Positions 23,500 through 37,772 of a DNA stretch of 64,000 nucleotides are shown here, piece by piece. Made by a program: the position numbers and the translations under genes. The DNA is from Octopus vulgaris (lineage: Eukaryota), in NCBI GenBank assembly GCA_951406725.2, contig OX597826.1, forward strand, positions 38,874,001 through 38,938,000, written 5' to 3'. Every line of letters starts with the position of its first letter. Positions within the stretch are counted from its first letter, which is position 1. Below the pieces are notes generated by a model. It ran no database searches. It saw only the letters and a list, made by a program, of their open reading frames with translations, and was not told the origin of the DNA.

Positions 23500-25833
23500 A
23501 AGAAGAATCCAGGCAAGGTTAGACATGCTCTCGAAGGAAATCTCTGTGTTAGACCGAAAAGAGAAAGGAGAGCTTAAAAGCGAACAAAAATGCAGCGCGC
23601 TGAAAAGGAAGTATAATATTGAAAGAAAGGGCCTGAAAGTAGTAGTGGAGGAACTGAAACAGCACCTCGTTGCAAAGAAAGCTAAGATGGTAAGATACGA
23701 CCAAAGAATGGAGGGTTACCACCAGATAGGTTATTCATAGTAGATCAGAATAGGTTCTATAAAGAAATAAATGGAGAGTGTACAGATGAAAAGTTGATAC
23801 CAGATAATATTGAAAATCAAAGGTTTTGGAGTGACATCTGGAGCAAAGACAAGGAGCACAAGAAGGATGCTGAATGGTTGCAAGAATTGAAACAAACAGT
23901 AGTCTGTCCAAAACAGCCAGATTTAGTAATTTCAGTTAGGGTAGTGAAGGAAATCAGCAAAATAAAAAAAAAGAAATATGAGCAACTGGATGACCCCGGG
24001 ACCAGATGAAGTTCAAGGTTACTGGATCAAAAGATTTGGTGAATGTCATGCACAAATAGCTGCACAACTCAACACTTTATTAAATGCCGACCAAGTAACA
24101 ACTGAGTGGTTACTGGGTAGGACAGTGCTATGCCTGAAAAACATCGAAAAAGGCAATATGGTAGACAATTACAGGCCGATATCCTGTTTGCCACTTATGT
24201 GGAAGTTATTGACTGGAATACTCGCAGAGTCAATGTACGAACATCTGGAAAAAAAATGGAGTCCTGACACATGAGCAGAAGGGTTGCAAACGTAAGTGCA
24301 GAGGTACCAAGGATCAACTCCTGGTAGACAAAACTGTACTTAGAGACTGCAAGAGGAGGAAAAGTAACTTAGGCATGTCATGGATCGATTATTCTTGGAT
24401 TGTGGAGTGTATGAACCTATTTGGTATTGCATCGAATGTTGAGCGATTGCTTGAAAAAGTATGCCGAAGTAGAGGACGGAACTGACAGCATATGGAAGAA
24501 GTTTAAGGACAACAGAAATCAGGAGAGGCATCTTCCAAGGAGACTGCCAGTCCCCGCTGATCTTTGTACTAAGCATGATACCACTAACACTGATTCTGAG
24601 GAAAGCAAAGGCTGAGTATGTATTCATGAGCCGCAAACAAAAAAATCAACCTCTTGTTATTCATGGATGACCTCAAACTTTATGGTAAAGATGAAGCCCG
24701 AGTCAGTTCCCTCGTTGATACGGAGTATATTTTCAGTGCTGATATCAGAATGGAGTTCGGGCTGAAAAAGTGTGGTGTGTTAGTCTTGAAGAGACGCAAA
24801 ATTAAATGTATGGACGGGCTAGCGATACAATCGGGGGAGGTTATGAAGCAAATAGAAGAGACAGACTATAAGTACTTGGAGATATTGGAAATGGATAAAT
24901 TGATGGAGAAAGAAATGGCATGAAAATTTAAGGTGGAGCACTTGCGCAAACTGAGACTGATCCTTAAGTCGAAATTAAACAGATGAAATAAAATTGAAGC
25001 TAGCAACACCTGGGCGGTTTCACTCCTTAGATATGGAGCAGGGGTGATCGCGTGGACTGCTTAGACAGAAAGACAAGGAAGTTACTGATTAGATATGAGA
25101 CACTCCACCCAAAAAGTGACACAGACGACTGTAGGTACCAAGAAAAGGAGGGGAAAGAAGACTGATTAGATGCGAACACAGCATTAGAGCAGAAGAAAAC
25201 AACATAGCATGGTATGTAAAAAAGCCACAGAACTGTTATTATTAGAAGGTCAGGCTTGTGTAGGATGGAAGATTGCAAAGATAATGCACTGTACAAACAC
25301 ATGAGAATGAATGAAACTGAAAATAGGTGGATAAAGAAAAGGATGTATGGACAATTTCATAGAGATTTTGAAGATAAGACAGAGAAAAAAGATGGCTATG
25401 GATGACTACAAGGGATTTAACCGGAAACGGAGGCTCTAATCTGTGCTGTCCAAGAGCAAGCATTAAGAACCAATTACATCAAATACAGAATAGACAACAC
25501 ATCGGAAAGTGGTCAGTGCAGAATTTGTGGACAAAATGATGAAACTTTATGGCATATTACCAGTCAATGTACGCCACTAGACCAGAAAGAATATAAGAGA
25601 CGTCATAAACCCGAAGGCATCATCGAACATGATAATGCAAAAATCCTATGGGATTTTATGATTCAGTACGACATTGAGATAGAGAAGAGGAAATCAGACA
25701 TAGTGTTAATTGAGGAAGAAAGTAAACGATGCTGATAACAAGGTACGCGATAATGAAGAAAGAAGAGTCGATAGATATGACAGGTTAGCTTGGAAGGTTA
25801 AGTAGTTGTGGTCGCTGAAAAAGGTGGTAGTAG
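23500..25833 (+). mobile_element. Dong/R4-clade LINE, RT plus CCHC and restriction-like endonuclease region, pseudogenised
   Basis: [86 protein letters not shown] and KILWDF; many stops and frameshifts. Confidence 0.92.
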
Positions 25834-25835
25834 TT

Positions 25836-26188
25836 TCGTCAAATGTATCGTAGAATCTGTATTTAGGATCAGAACCGTCTAGAAGAACGTTAGCTTGGCA
25901 GTTTTTGGTAAGCAAGCTTTGATCTTGTGCCAAACCTTCAGCCTCTGCTTTCAGTCCTGAACTTATCAGCCACTGATAGGTTGTTGTTTGGTCTACATCA
26001 GCACTATGGCTTCGAAGTATATATTGTCCATGCAGAGGCTTCTGGCTCAACCACTCTTCAGTTTGTTTCTACTCGTTCATTTTTGCAGTCTGCTTGATCC
26101 GTTTTACTTGTTTAGTGGCAGTGATTACAGGTTCTTCATCTAATTCAGGGTTAATGCCAAGTTCCCTTGCGAATTTGCAAGCTTCCTT
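25836..26188 (-). mobile_element. Second Dong/R4-clade fragment, opposite strand
   Basis: KPLHGQYILRSHSADVDQTTTYQWLISSGLKAEAEGLAQDQSLLTKNCQANV. Confidence 0.8.
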
Positions 26189-26217
26189 ATTATTATTATT
26201 ATAGTTATTATTATTAA

Positions 26218-26475
26218 GGCGGTGAGCTCGCAGTATCGTTAGCAAGCCGGGCAAAGTGTTTAGCAGCATTTCGTCCGTCTTCATGTTCTGAGTCCAAATC
26301 CGCTGAGGTCGACATTGTCTTTTATCCTTTCGGGGTCAATAAATTAAGTAACAGTAAGACACTAGTATCGATGTAATCGACAGGTCCTCTCCGCAAAAAT
26401 TTCAGGCCTTGTGCCTTTGGTAGAAAGGATTATTATTATTATTATTATCATTATTATTATTATTATTATTATTAT

Positions 26476-26478
<3 letters not shown>
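26218..26478 (+). mobile_element. SINE family 2, tail type B, ending in (ATT)n
   Basis: Family head and core; tail ggccttgtgcctttggtagaaaggattattatt. Confidence 0.85.
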
Positions 26479-26519
<41 letters not shown>

Positions 26520-27848
26520 AGGATTATTATCAATATCAAACGTATGAACTTGCAAAATTAAAGGTACGATATTTTTCTCAGTACAGACGCACCCTGTAAA
26601 ATTTTAAGCTCTTGCAAATTGCCTCTGGTACTAAAAATGATTCTCACAGCCCCATTCTATGCGGTCGTTATAGAAATAGCAATCACATCTTTCTCAGATC
26701 ACACTTTTTATGTAATTAAAGAATACACTGAATAATGTAGATTTGTTTCTAGGATAGGTTAAATGTTTGTATTAACGTATATTGATAAAGCCGACGCATC
26801 TTTCCGTATGGCACTGAGAAACAAATCACAGTTAATCGGGTTCTCAAATTTTTGTTTCTTGCCTCAAGCAGGACAAGGATAAGAGATCCAATATGAACTA
26901 AGAACGAAGGAGATACCGTAAGGCATCTTGTTTGAAGCTCTAACAATTATGCCAATCCACCATTGGTTGCTTAATTTGCCGATCCCAAAAGATTGAAAGG
27001 CATAGCTGAATTAGGTAGGATTTGAACTTCGTGCGCATAGAACCGGAGCAAGACTCGTAAAGCATTTTATCCGACTTAAATACATTAAAACATTGAATAA
27101 AATACGGGATAGTTACGGCTGGGATGCCTTTGATAACAGGACTGCTCTATTAGGCTTGTTCTGGATTAAACAACAACGACATCAACTCACTATAATAATG
27201 TACATATTTAACCTTGCATTAGAATATTCCCATGTTTATAACCCGTAAAACTTTCTAAATCTAATAAGGAAAATTAGAATACTGTTTTAGGCATGCATGC
27301 ATGCATGTATGTATGTATGTATGTATGTATGTATGTATGTATGTATGTATGTATGTATGTATGTATAATTATATTTTTTGATGTATCAGTCTTTACAAGT
27401 AACCATTTGTTTAGAAGTTAATATACTTCATTACACTCTAATATATACATTTACAAGAACGTATTCATGTTTATTAACAAAGGCTACATTTTTCTCTGCT
27501 ACCCTTCACTTCTATAAACATTACTAATAAATACTCTGTTGAGTCATATCATTACCGTTAGTTAAATAATTTACATTTTTGAAGACTGTGGTGTTATTGG
27601 AGCATATATATATATACTGTAAAACACTAAGTAAGTAAAGCTATAAATAATAGTATATAAATAAAGGTTAAAACCCTTTTAGACAAAAAAGTCTAAGGCT
27701 AGCCGTTTCAATTTACTCAGTATCAAATTACGAATGAATTAATGACTATTTCCATTCTCATAGCTGAGTGTTGAAGGCCTCGGGCACCCACCATTCATTG
27801 AAATTTCATGCTCTCTCGGGGTAGATAAAGTAATTAAGCCCCAACTTC

Positions 27849-28264
27849 GAATCTTTTCGGTTTGACCGGCAGTTTTTTAAAATAATTTCCACGTAACTAA
27901 ACACTTTTAAACTTCGTACACTGGTAGAATGTGTTTATAAACATCTTTTTCTCTTAGCTTTATTGAGAAAATTCTATGGTTTGTAAGATAATTGTTGTTG
28001 TTTTTCTTCAATTTCTGCAATTTCAACCAATCAATGACGTCTATTGAGGTGAAAACACTGTGTGCCGTACGAATATGTCCCTCGTTTAAGAAACAGATTG
28101 GGTTTATTTACATTTCTGAAGAAAAAAAAATACCCTTCCCCCACCCCTAACCCTAACCCTAAAACAGATTGAAATGCAATTGATCGATACTAGGGTCATA
28201 ATTATGGGTGGCAATTTCATTTGACACCGCTAGAAAAAAACTGCCGTTCAAACCGAAAAGATCC
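27849..28264 (-). mobile_element. Merlin-like MITE copy 2
   Basis: TIRs; 8-bp TSD ccaacttc (27841-27848 / 28265-28272). Confidence 0.92.
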
Positions 28265-29508
28265 CCAACTTCTACCCCCACTCACTAGTAGTCTTCAAAT
28301 TTTTCTATCTAAAAGTTATTTTAACTCAATATTTACACTATTAATTACATCTTTATCTACTTTGAATTCTGAAGTACAAAAAAAAAAGCAAGGATTATCT
28401 CTTGTTCTTTCGAGATTTCGAGGATTCGGGATTCTTATGATAAATATGTATATATACAGTATATATATATATCTTTTATCTTTTATTTTTCAAATGTGTA
28501 TCTATCAACGTAATTGTATTCTGTATATAACTTTATCTTTATTCTAAATAAAACTGCCCGACAAACGGGACGTGAAACTCTGAGTAACAGTTTTTATGAC
28601 ATTTTTGCTGCTTTTTAATAAAGTATATATATATAATTATTTTTTCCGTTCGTTTGTTTAATAATATACGTGTTTGACTTATAAAATATTATTCACGTAT
28701 CGTAATGCACTTCTTTTTTTTTTTTTACCCTTTTATAGAAGAAATATTCCTGGAATATTTTTTGTGCAACCCTAATACTGTCTCTTTCCTTTCCTTTGCC
28801 TCTCTCTCTCTCTCTCTCTTTCTCTCCTTGTTACTCTCCTCAGTTTCTCTAGTCCTTCTGACTCTTTCCCTTTCCTCCTACTACCACGTGACCGGTCACG
28901 ATCTAAGGCGGTGTCATTCTTTTTCGCATTGCCTTCCACAGGATCGGTTATGCTTCTCTATGTTCCTTGTTCTACCTTTCTCGTACCTTTAGTCCTTTAG
29001 GACATTTTTCATTTCTCCTTTGCGTTACTCCACATTTGCCTTACTGCTAGACCGCGGCTTTCTTTTATTTTGTAGTTCTATAAGTATTATTGTCATTTTT
29101 TGTTGTATATGTATTATCTTTTTGTCTTCACCTGGCCCTAAGGCTATATTCTGTTTATTTATTAAGTTTTTTTGTCCCTCATCCGTCTACTAACATCCTC
29201 GTCTCGAATTACTTTTATACATTTTCGTATGTCCATTTCCGTATTTCTTGTGCATCCATTGTCTGTTCGTCTCCTTTTGTTTTATGTTTTGGTCGGATTC
29301 CCAGCAAGTTTCCATGCTGGTTGCCTCCAGAGTGGAAGTAACATTATCGATAATAGCACGAAATTGCATTGGCACCCAGGCCGATAACTGATCAGAAGTT
29401 GGTGACTTTCTGTATTTGTTTTCCGTTCGTCTGTGTATATGTTTTTCAACTTGACGTTCTGTGTTCTCTTTTCCGTTCATTTGTTTATTACTATACGTGT
29501 TTGACTTC

Positions 29509-29559
<51 letters not shown>

Positions 29560-29709
29560 CGTTTTTGTATTTGGTTTGCAAGATTCTTTATATGAGTTCG
29601 TATTTTGAAGCATATTCTGTTGTGTCTAGGGAGTGTAATTTTCTTTTTGTGCCTTAATATGTAAAATACTTACCGGTAAAATTTCCACTTTTTTCTTATT
29701 TTTATTGTC

Positions 29710-29793
29710 CTAAAATTTTCGTTGCGTCTTGCAACCTTTTCAATAGTTTTGACTCTGTAAACTATTGAAAAGGTTGCAAGACACAATGAAATT
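29710..29793. ncRNA. Minimal hammerhead-like fold (minus, 29710-29746) with an inverted mutated copy (plus, 29762-29793)
   Basis: CUA UUGAAAA g GUUGC aagac GCAAC GAA AAUU U UAG; lies in a 33-bp imperfect inverted repeat. Confidence 0.45.
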
Positions 29794-30038
29794 CCTTTTA
29801 ATTGTGTGAGTGTGTACGCGTGTGTATATGTATATGTATGTACATATATTATATGTATATGTGTGTGCGTGTGTATATTTGTATATGTGTATATATATGT
29901 ATATATATGAGTGTAAGACTGTTATCCGGTGCATATGTGCGACTTTCATGCACATGTCCATCTTCATTTATGGATATGCATATGTTTGTATATGTGCGGT
30001 TGTAGGCTGTAGGTGTGTGATGGGAGGGTATATTTATC

Positions 30039-30073
<35 letters not shown>

Positions 30074-30125
30074 ATTATGTATGTATGTATGTATGTATGT
30101 ATGTATGAGGAAGTGCGAATGTATG

Positions 30126-30164
<39 letters not shown>

Positions 30165-30603
30165 GTATATTCATACGCATAAATGTTTTAATATATATGT
30201 ATTATGTTACGTGTATGTATGTAAGCACCTATGTGTATACGAGGATGTGGTTGCGTACATACATATATATACACGTATCTGCGTGTGTATGTGGCTATGT
30301 GTGCAAGTATGAGTATGTACATACATATGTGTGTGCATGTACGTATGCATGTGTGTACGTAAGTAGACGTTGTGAACGCAGGAGGTTTATGTCTATGTAT
30401 TGTGAGAATATGGTTGCGTGTATTTTTTCTTTATTTTCTTTTTCCACATATTAGAGTTACTTCCCTTTTATTTAACGGTTTTTCATAGCGCCTGTTGCCA
30501 TTAATAACCGACGAAAATGTATCGTAGCTCTTCTCTCCGACATTCGAAACTCCAAGTACTATAATGACAACTTTTTAGTGTTTGTTCTAAATTATAATAC
30601 ACA

Positions 30604-30675
<72 letters not shown>

Positions 30676-31339
30676 TTATACAATGTTTCTAAATAGTATA
30701 GAAAATAAGGCAAAATGGGCATAAATACTGTAACAGTATATTAGTAACATACACCCAAGCGATTTGCGTCATTCTCACATGAAAACTAATACTGTGGTTG
30801 TGGTTCTTAGAGAATTCAGGCTGGTGTTTTAGTAAACTGTGGCCTAGATTTGTTTCGCTTCTTTACCAAGGCATTTACTTCTACACAAATGCAAACAAAA
30901 AGATTAAATTGGGATGCATTATTCACATCAGTAACCCAGTTTCATAAAAAGCATAATGTGATAGAGATTCAGTTATTATCTGGTTTTAAAAAGAAATATA
31001 TCAAATTTATTTAAACGGTGTGGCTTTAATACTGGCAGGCAGGCAGCTCAATGAGGCTGTTTTATTTTAAAATTTGCATTTCGTAAGCCACAGAAAACGA
31101 AATATTACCCTTTTAAAAAAATAACTTAGAGTTGATTTTGTCATCAAAAATGTGCATGCTTGAGATCTACAATATAAGATTATACTGACAGCTTGAGGTC
31201 CTCAGTGACCAGTTTTAACACATGTTTTAGAGACAGATCGATAACCAAATTCTATGATAGGATTTCAATCGGAAGTTTCAGTCATTTGTTGGATGTTCAG
31301 ACGCGAAAATTGACATATGGGTGGGGTAACTAATGTTAT

Positions 31340-31960
31340 CATCTCATTTCATGCAACCATCATCAACATCCTCGATGTTATCGTTGTCGTCATTGTCGTT
31401 GTCACTGGCGTCATCATCTTCATCATCTTCGTCATCAACGTCGTCTACGTCATCTTCGTTGCCGTAATCATCAACAAAAGCTATCATTATAAACGTCGTC
31501 GTTTTTGTCATTATCAACAATGGTACCAAATTTACTTTAGTAACCATTATCACAGTCAGCAATGTCCTCATCACTACCATCACTAATACTAACCACCTAC
31601 CATTTCATCATTCCCAGCATCTTCCCCATCACAATGTTCATTGCTATTATCCTTATCAGCACAACACCCACCACCATCACTTTCCCTCCTTCTTTTGATG
31701 ATCATGATCATCTTCATGTCCAGCCTTCTGCTTCCTCATCATTACTATTACCATCGTCATTATCATACTCATTGTTGTAATCATCTCCATTGTTCTCATT
31801 GTTACCCCGCCGCCAACAATGACTCACAACTACCAAACCTTAGCAACCTCCACACGCCACACGCTCCCATAACTACTCTTATACTCCACAACAACTATTC
31901 CACTTTCTCCTCCACTCCTTCCCCTCCAGTCCTCCTACTCCTACTCCCCCTCATCATCAT
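31340..31960. repeat. Degenerate (CAT/CGT/CAC)n low-complexity block
   Basis: Seen directly. Confidence 0.85.
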
Positions 31961-32772
31961 TACAATTCGCACGAAGTACTTGCGTTCCTTGGTGTTTTCG
32001 CAGTTGTTGCTATTTTGGTTGTTGCTCAATGTGTGAAAATTGTTAGTCACGTAATCGCCTCTACAAGAACAACCGGGTCATTCTACCAAATTTGTATCCC
32101 CACCTCTCTCAATCACATTTTCAACCTTAAGTTCCTTGCTATCACCCCCAACAGACGTCCTTTTGTCTGTTAAGTTCTAAGAACTGAATGAATACCTGTT
32201 TTGTTCCAAATGAAAACAACTAGTGTTGGATTTGCAGACAGCCAAATATGTGTATGAGCGTGTGTGCGTGGTGTGTGTGTATAATGCGTGTATATACACA
32301 CATAGAACAGACAGACAGGCATACAGACAGACAGACAGACAGACAGATAGACAGACAGACAGATAGATAGATAGGCAAACATTGGTACTTAGGGAATGAG
32401 AACATGGAGATCATGCAAGCAATATTTGTCCTTCGTTATCTGTAGAATATTAATGACTGCTTCTCCTATACATATTAGGGCGATCTTATGTTAAGCGTCG
32501 GCTCACTCAACCTTCTATACTTATGTCTCATCACAAAAACTTTTACTAAAAGACATTATAAATAAAAGTATGTTAAAGATTGTCTTCATATATAAGTTCA
32601 GAAGTAAATAAGATATTCAGAGTGTTATTCACAAATAAAAGACACTCCAAGATAAAATTCAAAATACTTTTTGAACAAACGAACAAAATATATATAAGCT
32701 TAAAGATAATTCTAAGTACAGTAAATCTCGAGCTGAAGAACACAGTGTACTGAGTTTTTAAAGACATGGTTG

Positions 32773-32829
<57 letters not shown>

Positions 32830-32954
32830 CTGGAGTATCTTGGCGGACTTTCGAAATAGAACACCCACACACTCGTAATTTGGATTTTCTCCGTTTGACG
32901 GGGGATTTTTCAAATGCTTTCTTCACCACATTCTTGAAAATGATAAGGGAAATC

Positions 32955-33052
<98 letters not shown>

Positions 33053-33212
33053 GGCATTGCGCTCTTAAAAACGATGGGAAAAACCTTGACGATCAAAAAA
33101 ACAGAATTTTTGAAAGTTGGTGATCACCATTACAATCCCCACTTGCTTTATTTTCAAATAAAAAGTGAAAACTAATTTTAAAACACTAGTGGTCGCTTTG
33201 TTTACAATATAT

Positions 33213-33354
33213 TGTTGGCTGGAGCACACCCAGGCTATCACTCTGGCGACCAGGTATTCGCGGCTGAGGATGAGCCAACCAGCTCCAAACTGAGTCAGTC
33301 TTGCGATCCTGTTGTTTGCTCGAGGATAGTAGGGGTTCACTCCCCCTGCTAGCA
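33213..33354. mobile_element. 142-bp TG...CA element flanked by atatat (possible solo LTR)
   Basis: Ends tgttggc / gctagca; GC-rich relative to flanks. Confidence 0.35.
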
Positions 33355-34327
33355 ATATATATTGTATATAAAGGGTGCAGCGGCGATCACCAGTTGGCGG
33401 AAAATCTTCCTGGAGTTAAACTAGGAGTTTACTTGAAAAACATATACTTTTTTTATCTAACCGGATGAAACTGCTTTGCAAGAAAATTTTTCTTGAAGTG
33501 TTCATTATGGAACAAAAGTTTTCAGGATCGTACAAACTCAGTAATAAAACGCACATTCTTCTCACGATACATTACAAGTAGCCTTAGAGAGGATGGATGC
33601 GACAGATCGATGGTCAAATCGTACGGGGCCGGATCAAAAGTTTTCTTGATCAAAGCTGAACAAGGAGTAAATAACCATTACCAACAACAACAACAGTAAG
33701 AGCAAAAAGCATCATTATCACAACCATCGCCCTCACCAATATTCATCATCACTACCACCTATATCATCATCACCACCGCCAACATCATCACAGCAATGAT
33801 CATAATCATTATCGCCACCATCAGAAACACAAATATGAACTTAATGAATGAACAAAAAAATAAACAAATGGAATTAAGTGAAGTCAAATGAAAAGATCTC
33901 CACTAACATATAGAATTACGTAATGTTAAAGGGGGAGTTAATTATGCAAATGCTCTTCAATAATGATGGCCTTTAGCTTCAGTGAAGAGAAACGTAACAC
34001 GACTGAAGCGTTTCACACGGGAAGTATATATGTGTGTACACACACAAATATGGATGCGTGTGTGTTTATGTGAGTGTATGTATAAGTGTGTGTGTGTGTG
34101 TGTGTGAGTGTGTGTGTGTGTGTGCGTGTGTGTTTTGCTAAATATCAGGTTGATTAATCAGTATTTAGTTCTGTTATAGGATGGGGGTCAAAGTTTTGAC
34201 CCCGCTTGATGCCAAGTTTTACAAGTTTTTGTCAACTCGGCGCAATAACTTTTTTATGGCAAATTTTCATTTTGTATGTTACATTTTGTGCAGAATAAAA
34301 AGATAATTTCATTGATACATACATACA

Positions 34328-34394
<67 letters not shown>

Positions 34395-34400
<6 letters not shown>

Positions 34401-35083
34401 CAAAAATGGGACAAGAACCAAAACATCCAGACAGGTGATACAATAAAGGGACAACAAAACATCCAGACAGACGATACAAAGCAAACAAGGTCATTCGGAG
34501 TTTTCTATCCTCAGTCGAGTTCCAGATTATCTTTGCAATTTCGGTTGGTTATACTCGAGATTGCTCCAATCTGGCCAGCCCCAAGGAAAAACTAAGCTAA
34601 GAGTATTAGATTCCTTGGAAGAAAGCAGTGAATGTATACGAAAACAAGGACGGAAAAAACGGAGAAATGTTACACAAATACAAACACAAGTAACAGGACA
34701 TAACAACAGGTGCCTTTCGACTAAAGACGAATTAAATTAAGCTGGAGTGTGTGGAAGTAAATCTTACGGCAGGGACATAACATATGACAGGTACAGGAAG
34801 GAATATAGTTGTTGCACAGATGGGAGTCGAAGAAAGGACAGGCTTAGCCGAACACCGTTCACGTGGGAAGAAAAGAGAGAGGTAGAGGGATAGAAGAATT
34901 AAGGAGGGTCGAGAAAAATTGAAAAGAACACAGTGAAGTGAAAGAGGAGGGAAAGTAAGCATGAAGAGAAGGTCAGGAAATGTGAGAGAAGGGGAACGAA
35001 AGAACGAAGAGTGGAATGAACGAAGTAAGCTTGAAAGGGCTGATAGAAAGAAGGAAAGAATAGAAAGATAGAGTCGTACAAAA

Positions 35084-35153
<70 letters not shown>

Positions 35154-35782
35154 AGACCAAAATTACGTACGCCGTTATATTTTTTTTATATAAAAAATAC
35201 AAAAAGGGGACGAGAGCGCGAAACACCCAGACAGTTAGGTGATACAAAAAAGGGACAACAAAACATCCAGACAGACGATACAAAGAAAACAAGGACGGAT
35301 CATTCGGAGTTTTCTCTCCTCAGTCAAGTTCCTGATTATCTTTGCAATTTCGGTTGGTTATACTCGAGTTTGCTCCAATCTGGCCAGCCCCAATGAAAAA
35401 CTAAGCTAAGAGTATTAGATTCCTTGGAAGAAAACAGCGAATATATACTAAAACAAGGACGGAAAAAAACGAAGAAATGTTACACAAATACAAACTTCGC
35501 TGCTTTCTTCCAAGGAATCCAATGCTCTTACCTTCGTTTTTCCTTGGGGCTGGCCAGATTGGTGCAATCTCGAGTATGACCAGCCGAAATTGCAAAGATA
35601 ATCTGGAACTCGACTGAGGATAGAAAACCCCGAATGACCCGTCCTTACTTTCCTTGTATCGTATGTCTGGATACTTTGTTGTCCCTTTTTTGAATCACCT
35701 AACTGTCTGGATGTTTTGCGTTCTTGTCCCATTTTTGTATTTTTTATATATAAAGAAATATAGCGGCGTACGTACACTTTGG

Positions 35783-35790
<8 letters not shown>
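34395..35790. mobile_element. Three copies of an approximately 300-bp repeat (34395-34685 and 35150-35492 direct; 35495-35787 inverted), PLE pseudo-LTR-like layout
   Basis: Shared cagattatctttgcaatttcggttggttatactcgag..ggccagcccca; outer ends abut (TG)n/(TA)n. Confidence 0.7.
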
Positions 35791-35829
<39 letters not shown>

Positions 35830-35832
<3 letters not shown>

Positions 35833-36165
35833 TTTTACTTGTTTCAGTCATTTGACTGCGGCCATGCTGGATCAAATCGACCCCAGGACATTTTTTTTTA
35901 AACCTAGTACTTATTTTATCGGTGTCTTTTGCCGAACCGCTAAGTGACGGGGACGTATGTATACCAGCATCAGTTGTCAAGCGGCGTTGGGGGGTGAACA
36001 AACACAGACACACAAACACACACACACACATATACGATGGGCTTCTTTCAGTTTCCGTCTACCAAATCCACTCACAAGGCTTTCGTTGACCCGAGGCTAT
36101 TGAAGACACTTACCCAAGTTGCCACGCAGTGGGACTAAATCCTGAACTATGTGGTTGGTAAGCAA
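35830..36165 (-). mobile_element. SINE family 1 (diverged)
   Basis: Family match. Confidence 0.85.
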
Positions 36166-37066
36166 ACAATGCCTTTATTTTAATTAAGTTTAATTGAATG
36201 ACCTTGCAAATTTTCATGAATTTAACTTTTTGGCTTATTTCGTGATATAAACCTTCCTATTAATAACGATTGCTTTAATCTTAATTTTAAGGTACATATT
36301 ATAGTCAGGCTAAAAGTAGTTCGATATGAAATTTGTTAACTTAAAATTTGCAGACAGTGTATTTGAGAAAAAATGGATCTGGCAGACAAAATTAATGGAA
36401 ACCTCATTACAGACATTGTTTGTAGGCCTGAAAGTATGCCGTCAACAAACGATCAAGTTTCAAATTACTCTGTTCATTTTAACTAGATAGATATGAACTT
36501 AAACAAAAATGAAATTGGAGTTATGTGATGGAAATTGTGTAAAATAATGTTTAAAAAACTTTAGGAGGTAGCGACATTACACTTCAGTATGCAAAATGAC
36601 TTGGTCCCAGAAGAAAATTAAAGGCCCATATGTTTCCTTGGTGTGTGACCACCTACATATTTTGCTGAAAAAGAAAACACACCCAGTTATTTTCTAAGAA
36701 GTAACTGGGGGTTGGGGTGGAAAACTGTAATTTTAAAGAAAGCACTGCTGAGAGAGTTTCAGGGGAAAATGGAGAAAAAGCTAAAGTAGTTATAAATAGT
36801 TTTGATGATTAATCATTCTCAGTTATATTGGGATTCAAATTCCTTGCATTATACAGAAGGAAAGGTTGATTTGTACCGTACAAATCGTCTCAGATTTGTA
36901 CGGCACAAAAGATATCAAATTTTTAACCGTACCTTCCACGTAAAGATGAAGTGGTGCTATGCAGAGAAAGGTAACTTACGAAACAGTCCAACAAAGACAC
37001 ACCAAGGAAAGTATTATGGGCTTAAGTTCTGCTGGAGTCCACTAGCTCCAATTGCAAAGTTTATTC

Positions 37067-37672
37067 AGGACAAGCATTTTGGTGGTAGTAACGAGTAGTT
37101 CATATATATTAAAATATATGTGCAATTATTTTTTTAAATTAAACCTAAAATACTTTAAAAGATATTGTCATATTAGATCAGGTCACTTGCTATGCAAGTA
37201 CATCTCCGTATAGCTCCGAGAATTTACATTAAAAAATAAAGATCTAAGATCGTGTGCTGAAACAAAAACAATTGCAACGTGGAAGGTGTTTACATGCCAT
37301 TTAAAAACACACAAAAAACCGTTAGATTCACTTCAACATTTAAATTTAATTTGTCAAAATATTTTCGTCGCTTTGAAACCGCGACCTGTTCAGTGACAAA
37401 ATTCCGTGCTGCAAATTAAATTTAAATGCTGAAGTGAATCTAACGCGGTTTTTTAAAACTTATTTTTTAAATGGCTTATAGATACCTACCACACAGCAAT
37501 TATCTTCTTTTATTTATTGTAAAATTTTATTCTGTTTGTACAGAAAGAAAAGAAACTTTCATTGATATATGACAATATCTTTTAAAGTATTTTAGGTTTA
37601 ATTTTAAAAAATAATTGCACATATATTTTAATATATATGAAATACTCGTTACTACCACCAAAATGCTTGTCC

Positions 37673-37673
<1 letters not shown>
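37067..37673. repeat. Nested inverted repeats: outer arms 37067-37173 / 37567-37673, inner arms about 37270-37353 / 37412-37500
   Basis: Outer arms are about 107 bp and near-identical; inner cgttagattcacttcaacatttaaatttaatttg pairs with caaattaaatttaaatgctgaagtgaatctaacg. Confidence 0.9.
37350..37400 (-). ncRNA. Minimal hammerhead-like fold with G8C core change
   Basis: UUUGUCA CUGAACA g GUCGC gguuucaaa GCGAC GAA AAUAUU U UGACAAA: 7-bp stem I, 5-bp stem II, palindromic stem III. Confidence 0.6.
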
Positions 37674-37737
<64 letters not shown>

Positions 37738-37772
37738 ATATATAAATGTAATATGTGACAATTATTCGCCAA

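Noticed and set aside
29810-30454. Longest ORF (214 aa)
   Set aside because: Degenerate TA/TG microsatellite translation; no domain.
36340-37060. Possible L1-type ORF2 relic (GGLG motif)
   Set aside because: Too degraded to support by eye.
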